Assembly: GCA_043806835.1 (NCBI GenBank)
Contig: JAZDGQ010000047.1
Location: 1-50,879, forward strand
Direction of reading: 5' to 3'
DNA from: Pseudomonadota bacterium
Lineage (GTDB): Bacteria; Pseudomonadota; Alphaproteobacteria; Micavibrionales; UBA2020
DNA: 50,879 bases
The notes below the pieces were generated by a model, which saw only the letters and a program-made list of their open reading frames with translations, did not search any database and was not told the DNA's origin. Positions 37,349 through 46,202 of the stretch are shown here, one piece after another (the first letter of the stretch is position 1; each line of letters opens with the position of its first letter). The translations under genes and the position numbers were made by a program.

Positions 37349-37783
37349 TTAATCCATTATAAAAGAGGCTTTGACGGCTTTAACGATCTGCTCTTTGCGC
37401 GATTTTACGCTGTGCAGGGATTTTTTAAAACGATCCATCAGTCCATCGTCCGGAGCCGCCACCTTCTTGCCGTCTTTATAGCGCTCTGCGCTTACCGGCT
37501 TGCCGTCCGCGTGATGCTCTACGCAAATCAGATTTCCATTGCTGTCGAACGTCAGAAGGGCGGGTTCGCCCTTCTCGCCGTCGGTGCGTTTGCCTTTTCT
37601 GCGGCGCGCAACGTTTAAAACGCCGCCCGCCGCCAGGATCGCCGCGACGCGCGCCTCGCCTTCTTTATCAATGACATCCGGATGTTTATCCATCTCTTCA
37701 GAAAAAACAAATGTCTTTCCTATCAAAATAACCTGATAGGCATTCCGGCCTTCCCCGCAGGAGATTTCAATTTTCTGTGACAT
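37349..37783 (-). CDS. Hypothetical protein with a MORN-like beta-hairpin segment
   Basis: GKRTDGEKGEPALLTFDSNGNLICVEHHADGK...YKDGK; ends 3 nt before the dnaQ start. Confidence 0.65.
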   Translation of the reverse strand: MSQKIEISCGEGRNAYQVILIGKTFVFSEEMDKHPDVIDKEGEARVAAILAAGGVLNVARRRKGKRTDGEKGEPALLTFDSNGNLICVEHHADGKPVSAERYKDGKKVAAPDDGLMDRFKKSLHSVKSRKEQIVKAVKASFIMD

Positions 37784-37928
37784 AACTAAATACCTTCTTC
37801 ATCCAAATATTGTTCACAAGTTTAACTGTATTATCTTTCCCTTTGCATCTAAACAAAGGAATTCAATGATTGACGAATGCCTTATGGATATTTTCGCATT
37901 ATAGCAGGGCACTTCTAAAAACCCCCGC

Positions 37929-38028
37929 TGTCATTCCGATGGCTGCATGGTGTAGGCACATGCCATGCAGCGAGGAATCTTCTCAATGAATTCAAGGGCG
38001 AAGATCCCTCGCTGCGCGCGGGATGACA
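37929..38028. repeat. REP-like composite palindrome of the GTCAT family
   Basis: TGTCATTCCG/CGGGATGACA (9/10) and GCAGCGAGGAATCT/AGATCCCTCGCTGC (13/14) inverted arms, plus an internal GCTGCATGG/CCATGCAGC 9-bp stem. Confidence 0.8.
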
Positions 38029-38065
38029 ATGGAAGGGAGGTTTTTAGAAGTGCCCATAAGCAAGT

Positions 38066-38092
38066 AAAAAAAGCCGCAGCAGGATTCCGGCT
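38066..38092 (-). terminator. Possible intrinsic terminator after coaE
   Basis: Minus strand AGCCG-N11-CGGCT followed by a T run. Confidence 0.4.
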
Positions 38093-38094
38093 CC

Positions 38095-38736
38095 TTATCT
38101 GGCGTAATCCCCGAAAGCCCGAATCATTTTTTTTTTTGCCTTCAGCTTGCCGACGATCTGCCTCAACTGTTCGCGCATGTCGTCAAGGCTTTTATCCGTA
38201 TCGACCACATAGTCCGCCCGTTTGCGTTTTTCCGCGTCCGGAAGCTGCCCGGCCACGATGCGGTCGAATTTTTCGGAGGTCATGTTGGGGCGTTCCAGCA
38301 CGCGCCTGCGCTGCACGTCCGGGGAAGCCGAGACGCACAGGGTGACGTCGACGCGCTTTTCCCAACCGGTTTCGAAAAGCAGAGGGATGTCGAGCGCGAC
38401 GATCCGGTGCTTTTCCTTTTTCATCCTCTCCATGAAGGCCTCGCTCTCCTCCCACACCATCGGGTGCAGGATTTCTTCCAGCGCCTTCTTTTTCCGATGG
38501 TCTTCAAACACGCTCCGCCCCAGTATCTGGCGATCGATATACGACTCTCCGGCGGCGTTCGTTTTCAGGGCTTCGGGGAATTTTTTCCCGACGGCAGGCA
38601 CGGCTCTTCCGTTCGCCTTCAGGAGATCATGCACGGCGGCGTCCGAATCATGGACGGGAATGCCCATGTCGCGCAGCATCTGCGCCGCCGTCGATTTTCC
38701 CATCCCGACGGATCCCGTGATTCCGATGACGATCAT
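38095..38736 (-). CDS. coaE: Dephospho-CoA kinase
   Basis: IGITGSVGMGKST, ILHPMV, DIPLLFE and KRKRADYV. Confidence 0.97.
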   Translation of the reverse strand: MIVIGITGSVGMGKSTAAQMLRDMGIPVHDSDAAVHDLLKANGRAVPAVGKKFPEALKTNAAGESYIDRQILGRSVFEDHRKKKALEEILHPMVWEESEAFMERMKKEKHRIVALDIPLLFETGWEKRVDVTLCVSASPDVQRRRVLERPNMTSEKFDRIVAGQLPDAEKRKRADYVVDTDKSLDDMREQLRQIVGKLKAKKKMIRAFGDYAR

Positions 38737-39569
38737 GCAATGTCCTTCCTCATTTCATTGTAAAGCTCCGGCGTGACGGCGGGATCGACGCCGAACCAGT
38801 GCTGAAAGCCGAGCCGCCCCTGATGAAGCAGCATCGGCAGCCCTTCCACCGCCGGATTGCCTCGCCGCCGGGCCTCCGCGAGCAGAGGCGTCGTCAGGGG
38901 ACGGTAAACGATGTCGCAGACCGCCGCCGCCTTCGGCAGGAAGGAAAGGTCTATCTCCATCGGAGGATTCCCCATCATGCCGAGGCTTGTGCAGTTGACC
39001 AGCAGCGTTGCGCCCTCCAGCGCGGAGGCGCGGTTCTCCCAATCAACAATCGTCGCTTCTTTCATCTTGAAAGCCGAGATTACCTTCTCCGCTTTTTCCC
39101 GCGTGCGGTTGACGAGAACGAAATGTGTCGCGCCCGCACCCCGAAGGGAGGCGATGATGCCCCGCGCCGCGCCGCCCGCGCCGAGAATGACGACGCGCGC
39201 GCCGTCCCATCCCGGATGCTGCGCCTTCAGGCTCTCCATGAAGCCGAATCCGTCGCTGTTGTAGCCTGTTTTTTTCCCGCCGCGGAAGACGACCGTATTG
39301 ACCGCGCCGGACATCAGGCAGCTCTCGTCATGTTCGTCCATCGACGAAAGGGCGATCTCCTTGAGAGGCAAAGTCATGTTGCAGCCGGCGAACCCACGCT
39401 CCATCAGGGTATCCAGTGCCTGCGGCAGATGCTCCGGAGTCACGGCCATGGACGTATAAGCCCCGTTGATGCCGTACTTTTTGAGCCAGAAGCCGTGCAG
39501 CTTCGGCGACAGGGAATGGGAAACGGGGAAGCCCAGCACGCAGGCGCGGATCGGATTTTCGTCGCTCAT
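38733..39569 (-). CDS. aroE: Shikimate dehydrogenase
   Basis: HSLSP.LH, NMTLPLK, GAVNT, NSDG.GF, LGAGGAAR and MLLHQG. The start at 39569 overlaps the upstream stop. Confidence 0.96.
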   Translation of the reverse strand: MSDENPIRACVLGFPVSHSLSPKLHGFWLKKYGINGAYTSMAVTPEHLPQALDTLMERGFAGCNMTLPLKEIALSSMDEHDESCLMSGAVNTVVFRGGKKTGYNSDGFGFMESLKAQHPGWDGARVVILGAGGAARGIIASLRGAGATHFVLVNRTREKAEKVISAFKMKEATIVDWENRASALEGATLLVNCTSLGMMGNPPMEIDLSFLPKAAAVCDIVYRPLTTPLLAEARRRGNPAVEGLPMLLHQGRLGFQHWFGVDPAVTPELYNEMRKDIA

Positions 39570-40396
39570 TCCTTCCCCTTCGTCTTTTCGCGGTGGGCAT
39601 TCAGCAGGCTCAGAATCTCCGCCGCAGTTTCTTCGATCGAGCGGCGGGTGACGTCGATCACCGGCCATCCGTGCTGCGTGTAGAACCGCCGCGATTCCCT
39701 TGTCTCCTCCTGCACCTTGTCGGCCTCGAGATAATCCGTCTCGCGGCGCTCCCCCAGATGCCGGAGGCGGTTGCGCCGCACCTCGATCAGCCTTTCCGGC
39801 GTTGCCGTCAGCGCCACGAACATTGGTTTTTTCAGCCCCAGGACGCGGTCGGGGAACGGGATTCCCGGCACGTAGGGGACATTCGCCGCCTTGATGCCGC
39901 GATTGGCGAGGTAGACGCACGTCGGCGTCTTGGAGGTGCGCGACACCCCGACCAGAATGACGTCCGCATGGCCGAGGTCCTGATCGCTTTTCTGCCCGTC
40001 GTCGTGGTGCAGCGCGTAATCGACCGCGTTCATGCGCGCGAAATATTCCGCGTTCAGCTTGTGCTGAAGCCCCGGCTCGGCCAGGCTCTGCTTGCCGAAA
40101 TAGCCGCTCATCAGCTCGAGAACGGGATGCAGGATCGAGAGTGCCGGGACGCCCATCTCCTGACAGTGCTTTTCCAGCGTTTGGGCAAGCCCGTCATCGA
40201 CCATCGTGTAAAGCACAAGCCCCGGATGCCCGTGTATCTTTTCGAGCACCCCCTGCAACTGCTTCTGCGAGCGCACCAGCGGCCAGAAATATTGCTCCGC
40301 GTCGACCCCCTCGAACTGCGCCAGGCAGGCCTTGACCACGCTGTTCAGCGTTCCGCCCGTGGAGTCCGAGATCAGGTGCAGATGGAATGTGTTCAT
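39566..40396 (-). CDS. ppsR: Pyruvate,phosphate dikinase / PEP synthase regulatory kinase-pyrophosphorylase (DUF299)
   Basis: HLHLISDSTG, HDDGQ, GVSRTSKTP and IDVTRRSIEETAA. Confidence 0.95.
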   Translation of the reverse strand: MNTFHLHLISDSTGGTLNSVVKACLAQFEGVDAEQYFWPLVRSQKQLQGVLEKIHGHPGLVLYTMVDDGLAQTLEKHCQEMGVPALSILHPVLELMSGYFGKQSLAEPGLQHKLNAEYFARMNAVDYALHHDDGQKSDQDLGHADVILVGVSRTSKTPTCVYLANRGIKAANVPYVPGIPFPDRVLGLKKPMFVALTATPERLIEVRRNRLRHLGERRETDYLEADKVQEETRESRRFYTQHGWPVIDVTRRSIEETAAEILSLLNAHREKTKGKE

Positions 40397-40553
40397 AATG
40401 GTTCCTATCCCCGGAGGGATTTTAGCGGATTTTCTTCTGACATTTCAGGATTTTTGCAACATATTGCCGGAAAAACAACCGACCATCCCTAAAAACCCCT
40501 GTTCAGGCCGGGCAAGCCCTGCATCAGGCTTATCCGTAGTCGGGGCCAGGAAC

Positions 40554-41096
40554 TCAAGCCGTGCCGACCGTCTGGTCTTTTTCGCCCAGATGGTCCTTTT
40601 CACCCGGCTTGTCTTCAACCTTCTGGGCTTCGGCTTGCTTGCGTTTCATTTCATTTATGTAAATTGTCTCGAAACTGATCGGGGTCAGGTACAACGGTGG
40701 ATATCCGCCCTGCGACGTCTGGCCGGCGACGATTTCGCGGACAAACGGAAACAGCAGTTTCGGCACCTCGACCATCAGAACCGCCTGCTGGCTTTCCTTC
40801 GGAATGTTGTTCAGTGCCACCAGCGCGCCGTAGTGCAGGTCGATGATGAAAGCCATCCGGCCGTCCTGCTTGTTCTTGGCCTCGATGCGGAAATGCAGGC
40901 TGCTTTCGAAGGCGTTGTCCTTGATATGCTGCTGAGCCAGAAAAATCTGCACGCTGGTTTCCGGCGGCGGCCAGCCGCTGACGAGGCTTTCCGGAGCGTG
41001 CGGGTTTTCAAACGAAAGATCCTTCACATATTGCGCGATCACCTGAATGCTGGGTTCCGCTTTCTGCATGGGGGGGGCGCTTTTTTGATCGGGCAT
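40554..41096 (-). CDS. secB: Protein-export chaperone SecB
   Basis: AQYVKDLSFENP, YGAL, EVPKLLFPFVRE and GGYPPL.L.PI.F. Confidence 0.96.
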   Translation of the reverse strand: MPDQKSAPPMQKAEPSIQVIAQYVKDLSFENPHAPESLVSGWPPPETSVQIFLAQQHIKDNAFESSLHFRIEAKNKQDGRMAFIIDLHYGALVALNNIPKESQQAVLMVEVPKLLFPFVREIVAGQTSQGGYPPLYLTPISFETIYINEMKRKQAEAQKVEDKPGEKDHLGEKDQTVGTA

Positions 41097-41176
41097 GATT
41101 TATTCCTTCTTTTGCTCAGGGGATTCTGCCAAGAAAAAAGGGGCTTGCCAAGAAAAACGATTTGTTGCCATAAGAT

Positions 41177-41656
41177 TTATTCGTCGTTTCCGTTCCTGTC
41201 CTCAACACGCATGAAGTCCCCTTCTATCGTTTTTGAGGCGACTCCCCCGCGTTCTTCATGATAGTACCAGGAAGCCGCGCCCTTTGCGTTCCTGCTGAAA
41301 TTATCCAGAATGCCCTTATACCGCACCTTGAGAAAACTGAAAATTCCATGCCGCACAGGCGTTATAAGCAGGGGAACCGCCAGAAAATCGCTTATAAATC
41401 CGGGAAAAATCAACAGCAAAGCACCGATCATCATGCAAATTCCATCGAACATCTCCTCAAAGGGATAAATGTCGGCATCGACGGATTTTCTGACTTTCTG
41501 CAGGGTCTGTCCGCCCATCGCGGCCAGAAGGGAGAACCCGCCGACTGCCGAACCGATCACCCACAGAAGGGACATGCCCACGCCGATTTTCCCGCCGATC
41601 ACGATAAAACCGGCGATCTCCAGCAGGGGCAACGCAATCGTCAGAAAAAGAACCAT
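41177..41656 (-). CDS. fxsA: FxsA-family membrane protein
   Basis: LPLLEIAGFIVIG, GALLLIFPGFISD and a terminal TIEGDF; adjacent to secB. Confidence 0.92.
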   Translation of the reverse strand: MVLFLTIALPLLEIAGFIVIGGKIGVGMSLLWVIGSAVGGFSLLAAMGGQTLQKVRKSVDADIYPFEEMFDGICMMIGALLLIFPGFISDFLAVPLLITPVRHGIFSFLKVRYKGILDNFSRNAKGAASWYYHEERGGVASKTIEGDFMRVEDRNGNDE

Positions 41657-41769
41657 TTCAGAATAACTCCGTATGAGGTACGTTTACGTTTATTTCCCGA
41701 CTCCAATCATGTAGTAGAAGTATTGAAATTGGCATAGAATTATTTGTATAAGGGCTGAATGAAGAAGGG

Positions 41770-42453
41770 ATGCAAGTGTATCTGGATATTCTCATTTTTG
41801 GCGTCATCGCGGGGTTCCTGATTTACCGCCTGAATTCCGTTCTGGGAACACGGCGCGGGGATGAACGTCCGCGCCCTAACCCCTTCGCCACCCCTGAAAT
41901 ACCACCGCGTCCGATTCTGGCCTCCCTGCCACCGAAACCCCTGACCGGACAAAAACCCCTTCGTCAGGCGGATGGCTTCGGGCAACTGATCGACGCGGAA
42001 GCGAACAAGGATGGCCGGATCGAATCCGGACTCGAAGAAATCGCCGCCGCCGACCCTTCTTTCGAACTGGAGCATTTCATGGCGGGCGCCGGATATGCTT
42101 TCGATGCGATTGTGGCGGCGTACGGCGCGGGCGACCGCGACAGCCTGAAGTCCCTGCTGAGTCCGAAGCTCTATGCCGATTTCGAGGCCGGCATCAGGGC
42201 ACGGGAAGAACAGGGTCCTCTTCAGAAAACGGAGGAAAGCCGCATCAGGGCGGCGCGCATCGTCGAGGCGCATCTGGGGGGCACCATGGCCTATATCACC
42301 GTCGATTACGATGTGGAGCAGATGACCGCCGGCGGCGACAAAGCCGATACCGACACCATTTCCAGCGTCAAGGATATCTGGACATTCACCCGCGACATCA
42401 GATCTTCCGATCCCAACTGGATTCTCATCGAGACCCGCACGGCGGGGGAATGA
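41770..42453 (+). CDS. Tim44/TimA-domain membrane protein
   Basis: N-terminal anchor, LG.RRG.E, FMAGA..AF..IV.AY..GD...L..LL and WTFTRDIRSSDPNW.L..T. Confidence 0.93.
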   Translation: MQVYLDILIFGVIAGFLIYRLNSVLGTRRGDERPRPNPFATPEIPPRPILASLPPKPLTGQKPLRQADGFGQLIDAEANKDGRIESGLEEIAAADPSFELEHFMAGAGYAFDAIVAAYGAGDRDSLKSLLSPKLYADFEAGIRAREEQGPLQKTEESRIRAARIVEAHLGGTMAYITVDYDVEQMTAGGDKADTDTISSVKDIWTFTRDIRSSDPNWILIETRTAGE

Positions 42454-43673
42454 TGCGTCTTCCGCAAATCCTCGCGGCGGGAGCTGTCTGCCTGCTTCTG
42501 GCCGGATGCACCGGCGTTTCATGGACAGCACCGAAAAAAGCCGATGACCGGCTTACCCTGAAAGAAAGTTCTTTTCATCAATTGCCGGGCTGGAATTCCG
42601 ACGCCCAGAAACAGGCGCTCGTCCCGCTGCGAAAATCCTGCGCGCGTGTCCTCAAAAAAGATTCCGGCGCCGGTTTCGGCATCGGCGGATTTGCGGGAAC
42701 CTCCGCCGCGTGGCAGGACATCTGCCGGAAATTGGCCGGCGCCCCGCCGCCGACAGACGCGGAGGCGCGCCGGTTTTTCGAAGATCACTTCACGCCCTAC
42801 GAGGTCTGGGGGGTGAAGGGGCGGGACGGCCTGTTCACCGGATATTACGAACCGATCCTGCGCGGCTCTTTTAAAAGGCATAAACCCTTCCTGATCCCGA
42901 TTTACGGACGCCCGGCTGACCTGATTTCGGTGAACCTGGGGGACTTCAGGCCGGAACTCAAAGGGGAAACCCTTATGGGCCGCGTCGAAAAGAAAAAGCT
43001 CGTCCCTTATTACAAACGCACCGAAATTGAAAAAGGCGCCCTGAAGAAAAAGCACGCGGAAATCGTGTGGGTCGATGGCGCGGTCGATGCCTTTTTCCTG
43101 CACATTCAGGGTTCCGGCCAGATACGGATGGACAATGGCCGGATCGTGCGCGTCGGCTATGCCGCCCAAAACGGACAGCCCTACACAGCGATAGGCCGGG
43201 AAATGATGCGGCAGGGCTTTCTGGAGAAAGGGAACGTCTCCATGCAATCCATCCGCGACTGGCTGGAGAAAAACCCCGGCAGGGCCGCCGACGTGATGAA
43301 CCTGAATACGTCCTATATTTTCTTCAACAGGCTGAAAAAGGGCGACGGGCCCCTGGGCGCGGAAGGCGTTCCTCTGACGCCCCGCCGCAGTCTGGCGGTT
43401 GACCGGAAGAAAATCCCCTACGGCGTTCCGGTATGGCTGGATGCCGACGAGCCCGACGGGAAAGACCGTTTGCAACGACTGATGATCGCGCAGGACACCG
43501 GCGGCGCGATCACCGGCGCGGTGCGCGGCGACTTTTTCTGGGGCTCCGGAAAAGAAGCGGCGCATAAAGCGGGGCTGATGAAAAGCAAAGGACGGTCATG
43601 GATTCTCCTGCCTAAATCAGTGCAGGTGCCGGAAGAAAAAATACGGATTTCCGACCCCGGATATAATCAATGA
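42450..43673 (+). CDS. mltA: Membrane-bound lytic transglycosylase A
   Basis: Lipobox LLAGC, FTGYYEP, FFLHIQGSG, SLAVD and AQDTGGAITG..RGDFFWGSG. Confidence 0.96.
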   Translation: MMRLPQILAAGAVCLLLAGCTGVSWTAPKKADDRLTLKESSFHQLPGWNSDAQKQALVPLRKSCARVLKKDSGAGFGIGGFAGTSAAWQDICRKLAGAPPPTDAEARRFFEDHFTPYEVWGVKGRDGLFTGYYEPILRGSFKRHKPFLIPIYGRPADLISVNLGDFRPELKGETLMGRVEKKKLVPYYKRTEIEKGALKKKHAEIVWVDGAVDAFFLHIQGSGQIRMDNGRIVRVGYAAQNGQPYTAIGREMMRQGFLEKGNVSMQSIRDWLEKNPGRAADVMNLNTSYIFFNRLKKGDGPLGAEGVPLTPRRSLAVDRKKIPYGVPVWLDADEPDGKDRLQRLMIAQDTGGAITGAVRGDFFWGSGKEAAHKAGLMKSKGRSWILLPKSVQVPEEKIRISDPGYNQ

Positions 43674-44494
43674 TAAATGACACGCAGAAAGCGTTCGGCG
43701 CCTACGCGCTCAAGGGGTATCAGAACAGGCTGCTCCACAGGGCGCAGACCGTTCCGGCCAGCTGGGTGGGGCGGCGGGCGGCGCTGCTGCTGCGCAAAGC
43801 CGTGATGCTCGGCAATCCGCCGGTCGTCGATACGGTGGTCGATGGCCTGAAACTGCGCCTCTACACGCTGGACAACGTGTCGGAGCGGAAATTCCTGTTC
43901 ATGCCGCAGTTCTTCGACAGTTACGAACGCGGCCTCCTGAAGGAAAGGCTGAAATCCGGAGATATTTTCGTGGATGTCGGCGCCAATGCCGGCATTTATT
44001 CCCTGACGGCGGCGGCGTTGGTGGGCGATGCCGGAAAGGTCATCGCTATCGAGCCAAATCCGGTCGTGATGGAAAGGCTGACATTCAACGCCGCGCTCAA
44101 CGGCTTCAGTGAAAGGATCGCGGCGGAGCCCTCCGGCGTTTCCGATGCTGAGGGCGTTTTCGATCTGACCCTCGACGACAGGAACCTCGGAGGCAGCAGC
44201 CTTGTGGCAACGCGATCCTCCCGCAAGATCAGTGTGCAGTGCCATAAGCTGCTCTCCCTCATGGAGAGGCATCAGATATCAGGGATCGGCGCGCTCAAGA
44301 TCGACATCGAGGGCGCGGAGGACAAAGCGCTGATCCCGTTCTTCGCGGAAGCGCCCAGCAGCCTTTGCCCCAAACTTCTGATCCTCGAAAATTCCCCCGG
44401 CGACTGGAAGGCGGATCTGCCGTCCGCGCTGAAAAACGCCGGATACCGGCTGATGAAGGTCACGCGCATGAATCAGGTGTGGGAGCTGGCCTGA
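43670..44494 (+). CDS. FkbM-family SAM-dependent methyltransferase
   Basis: FVDVGANAGIYS, AIEPNP and LKIDIEGAE. Confidence 0.92.
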   Translation: MINDTQKAFGAYALKGYQNRLLHRAQTVPASWVGRRAALLLRKAVMLGNPPVVDTVVDGLKLRLYTLDNVSERKFLFMPQFFDSYERGLLKERLKSGDIFVDVGANAGIYSLTAAALVGDAGKVIAIEPNPVVMERLTFNAALNGFSERIAAEPSGVSDAEGVFDLTLDDRNLGGSSLVATRSSRKISVQCHKLLSLMERHQISGIGALKIDIEGAEDKALIPFFAEAPSSLCPKLLILENSPGDWKADLPSALKNAGYRLMKVTRMNQVWELA

Positions 44495-44688
44495 CCGAGG
44501 TTTTTTGTTTGTTATCCTTGTCAGGTTTCATGACACTTTTAAGACACTCGACAGATTCTTTAAGCGGGTCGTCCGTCTTGACGTCCGGCTGGAGGGGAGT
44601 GCCGTTACCAACAGTCTTGTCGTGGTTCATCATCAAGCGCGCGGGTTAAACAGGCCTTGGGGTCAAAGGACTCTGATTCCGCCATAAC

Positions 44689-44940
44689 TCATATTCCGAA
44701 ACGCTTCACGACTGCACCCCCGGATTTTGCTTTTGATGCCATAGGCACAATTCCAGGCCGGCCGGATTGATGTTTTTTCACTTCAGTTTCCTCTCTGAGA
44801 TCCTCTTCTTCCTTGAGCTTTTTCTTTTTGAGAAAATCCTCATCGTCCTTGCGCTTTTTCTTTTCGAGAAGGGCCTCGGCGGCCTTGATCTTTTTGGCCT
44901 GTTCGGCGTTCTGTGCGCCTCCTCCTTTATGTTCTGACAT
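44689..44940 (-). CDS. Small highly charged (K/E-rich) hypothetical protein
   Basis: 83-aa ORF with a GAGGAG SD 7 nt upstream of the ATG. Confidence 0.65.
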   Translation of the reverse strand: MSEHKGGGAQNAEQAKKIKAAEALLEKKKRKDDEDFLKKKKLKEEEDLREETEVKKHQSGRPGIVPMASKAKSGGAVVKRFGI

Positions 44941-45118
44941 CGTTTTTCTCCTCTATTTTTAAGATATATGAATATCGTAACAATAACTGCTTTCTACGCG
45001 GCCTACAAATTAAAAAACATAACCATTTAGTATACATTGATTTTTTAAGAATCAGAGGCGACTCTCAGGGAACCCCTGAACAAGTCTCTTGCGATATGAG
45101 GAACGGCATAATTAAGTC

Positions 45119-46045
45119 CTACCCGATCTTCTCCGGCGGCGGAACTTTGCCGAGGTTCTTTTCGATGTCATCCCTGAAGGGGATGCCGTCCTGTGCCCCC
45201 AAACCCAGGCAGGAAAGGGCGGCGCCGACGCTGGAATGACGCAGCGCCCGGAGCCAGTCCTGATCCGTCTGAAGGCACGCCGCGAAAATTCCGCAAAATG
45301 TGTCCCCCGCGCCGGTCGTGTCCACGGCCTCGACCGGCAGGGGCGCTACGGCATAGAGATCGCGCCCTCTCGCAGCGACAGATCCCTTGGCATCCAGCGT
45401 AATGATGCAGCTCAGAGCGCCCTTCTGCGCGATCAATCCGGCCAGCAAGCGCGGATCGTTTCCCTGGATGCCGAGGTTCCTGGCAAGCTGCGCGGCCTCG
45501 ATCTCGTTGACAATCAGGTAATCGATGTTCTTCAACTCCTCCGGCTCCAGGTTTCCGGCGGGCGACGCGTTCAGGATGGTGACGGATCCTCTGGCGCGCG
45601 CACGGGAGAGAACTGAAAAAGTCTCTTTCGGCGTCACTTCCATCTGGGCGAGAACGATGTTTCTTGGAGTCAGGATTTCATCCGGCACCTGATCCGACGT
45701 GGCTTCCAGATTGGCGCCGGGAGCGACGATGCAAAAATTTGCGCCCTGCGCATCAACAGCAATTGTGGCGCAGCCGGTCGGCCGGTCGGAAATGCCGATG
45801 CCGGTGGTCAGGATGCTCTGGTGCTTCAGGTTGCTGACGCAGCGGCGTCCGAAGGAATCATCCCCGACCTTCCCGACCACGGCCACTTTCGCGCCAGCCC
45901 GCGCCGCCGCCACGGCCTGAGTGGACCCCTTGCCTCCCGGACTGCCCAGATAATCGCTCGTGCACAGCACCGTCTCACCGGGCTTCGGGAAGCGCTCCAC
46001 CGGCATCATCATATCGATATTCAAGGATCCAAAGACGACAATCAC
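45119..46045 (-). CDS. rbsK: Ribokinase (PfkB family)
   Basis: VFGSLNID, GGKGSTQAVAAARAG, VGDDSFG and DTTGAGDTF; GTG start. Confidence 0.92.
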   Translation of the reverse strand: MIVVFGSLNIDMMMPVERFPKPGETVLCTSDYLGSPGGKGSTQAVAAARAGAKVAVVGKVGDDSFGRRCVSNLKHQSILTTGIGISDRPTGCATIAVDAQGANFCIVAPGANLEATSDQVPDEILTPRNIVLAQMEVTPKETFSVLSRARARGSVTILNASPAGNLEPEELKNIDYLIVNEIEAAQLARNLGIQGNDPRLLAGLIAQKGALSCIITLDAKGSVAARGRDLYAVAPLPVEAVDTTGAGDTFCGIFAACLQTDQDWLRALRHSSVGAALSCLGLGAQDGIPFRDDIEKNLGKVPPPEKIG

Positions 46046-46202
46046 CCTGTATAAATCCCCCGCCGCATATGATATTGCTTAAAATGTCCGTTTCAGCTTA
46101 AATCCAGGCTGAATAAATTACCACAGTCTTGATCCTGAAGGAGAGAAGTCTTATATTATGCCAAGCCAGAGCTTTTTGCAAAATCTCCAGCATGACGAAA
46201 CG

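Noticed and set aside
41657-41769. oriC at the strand switch between fxsA and the Tim44 gene
   Set aside because: Only 113 bp with no DnaA boxes; explained as a divergent promoter region.
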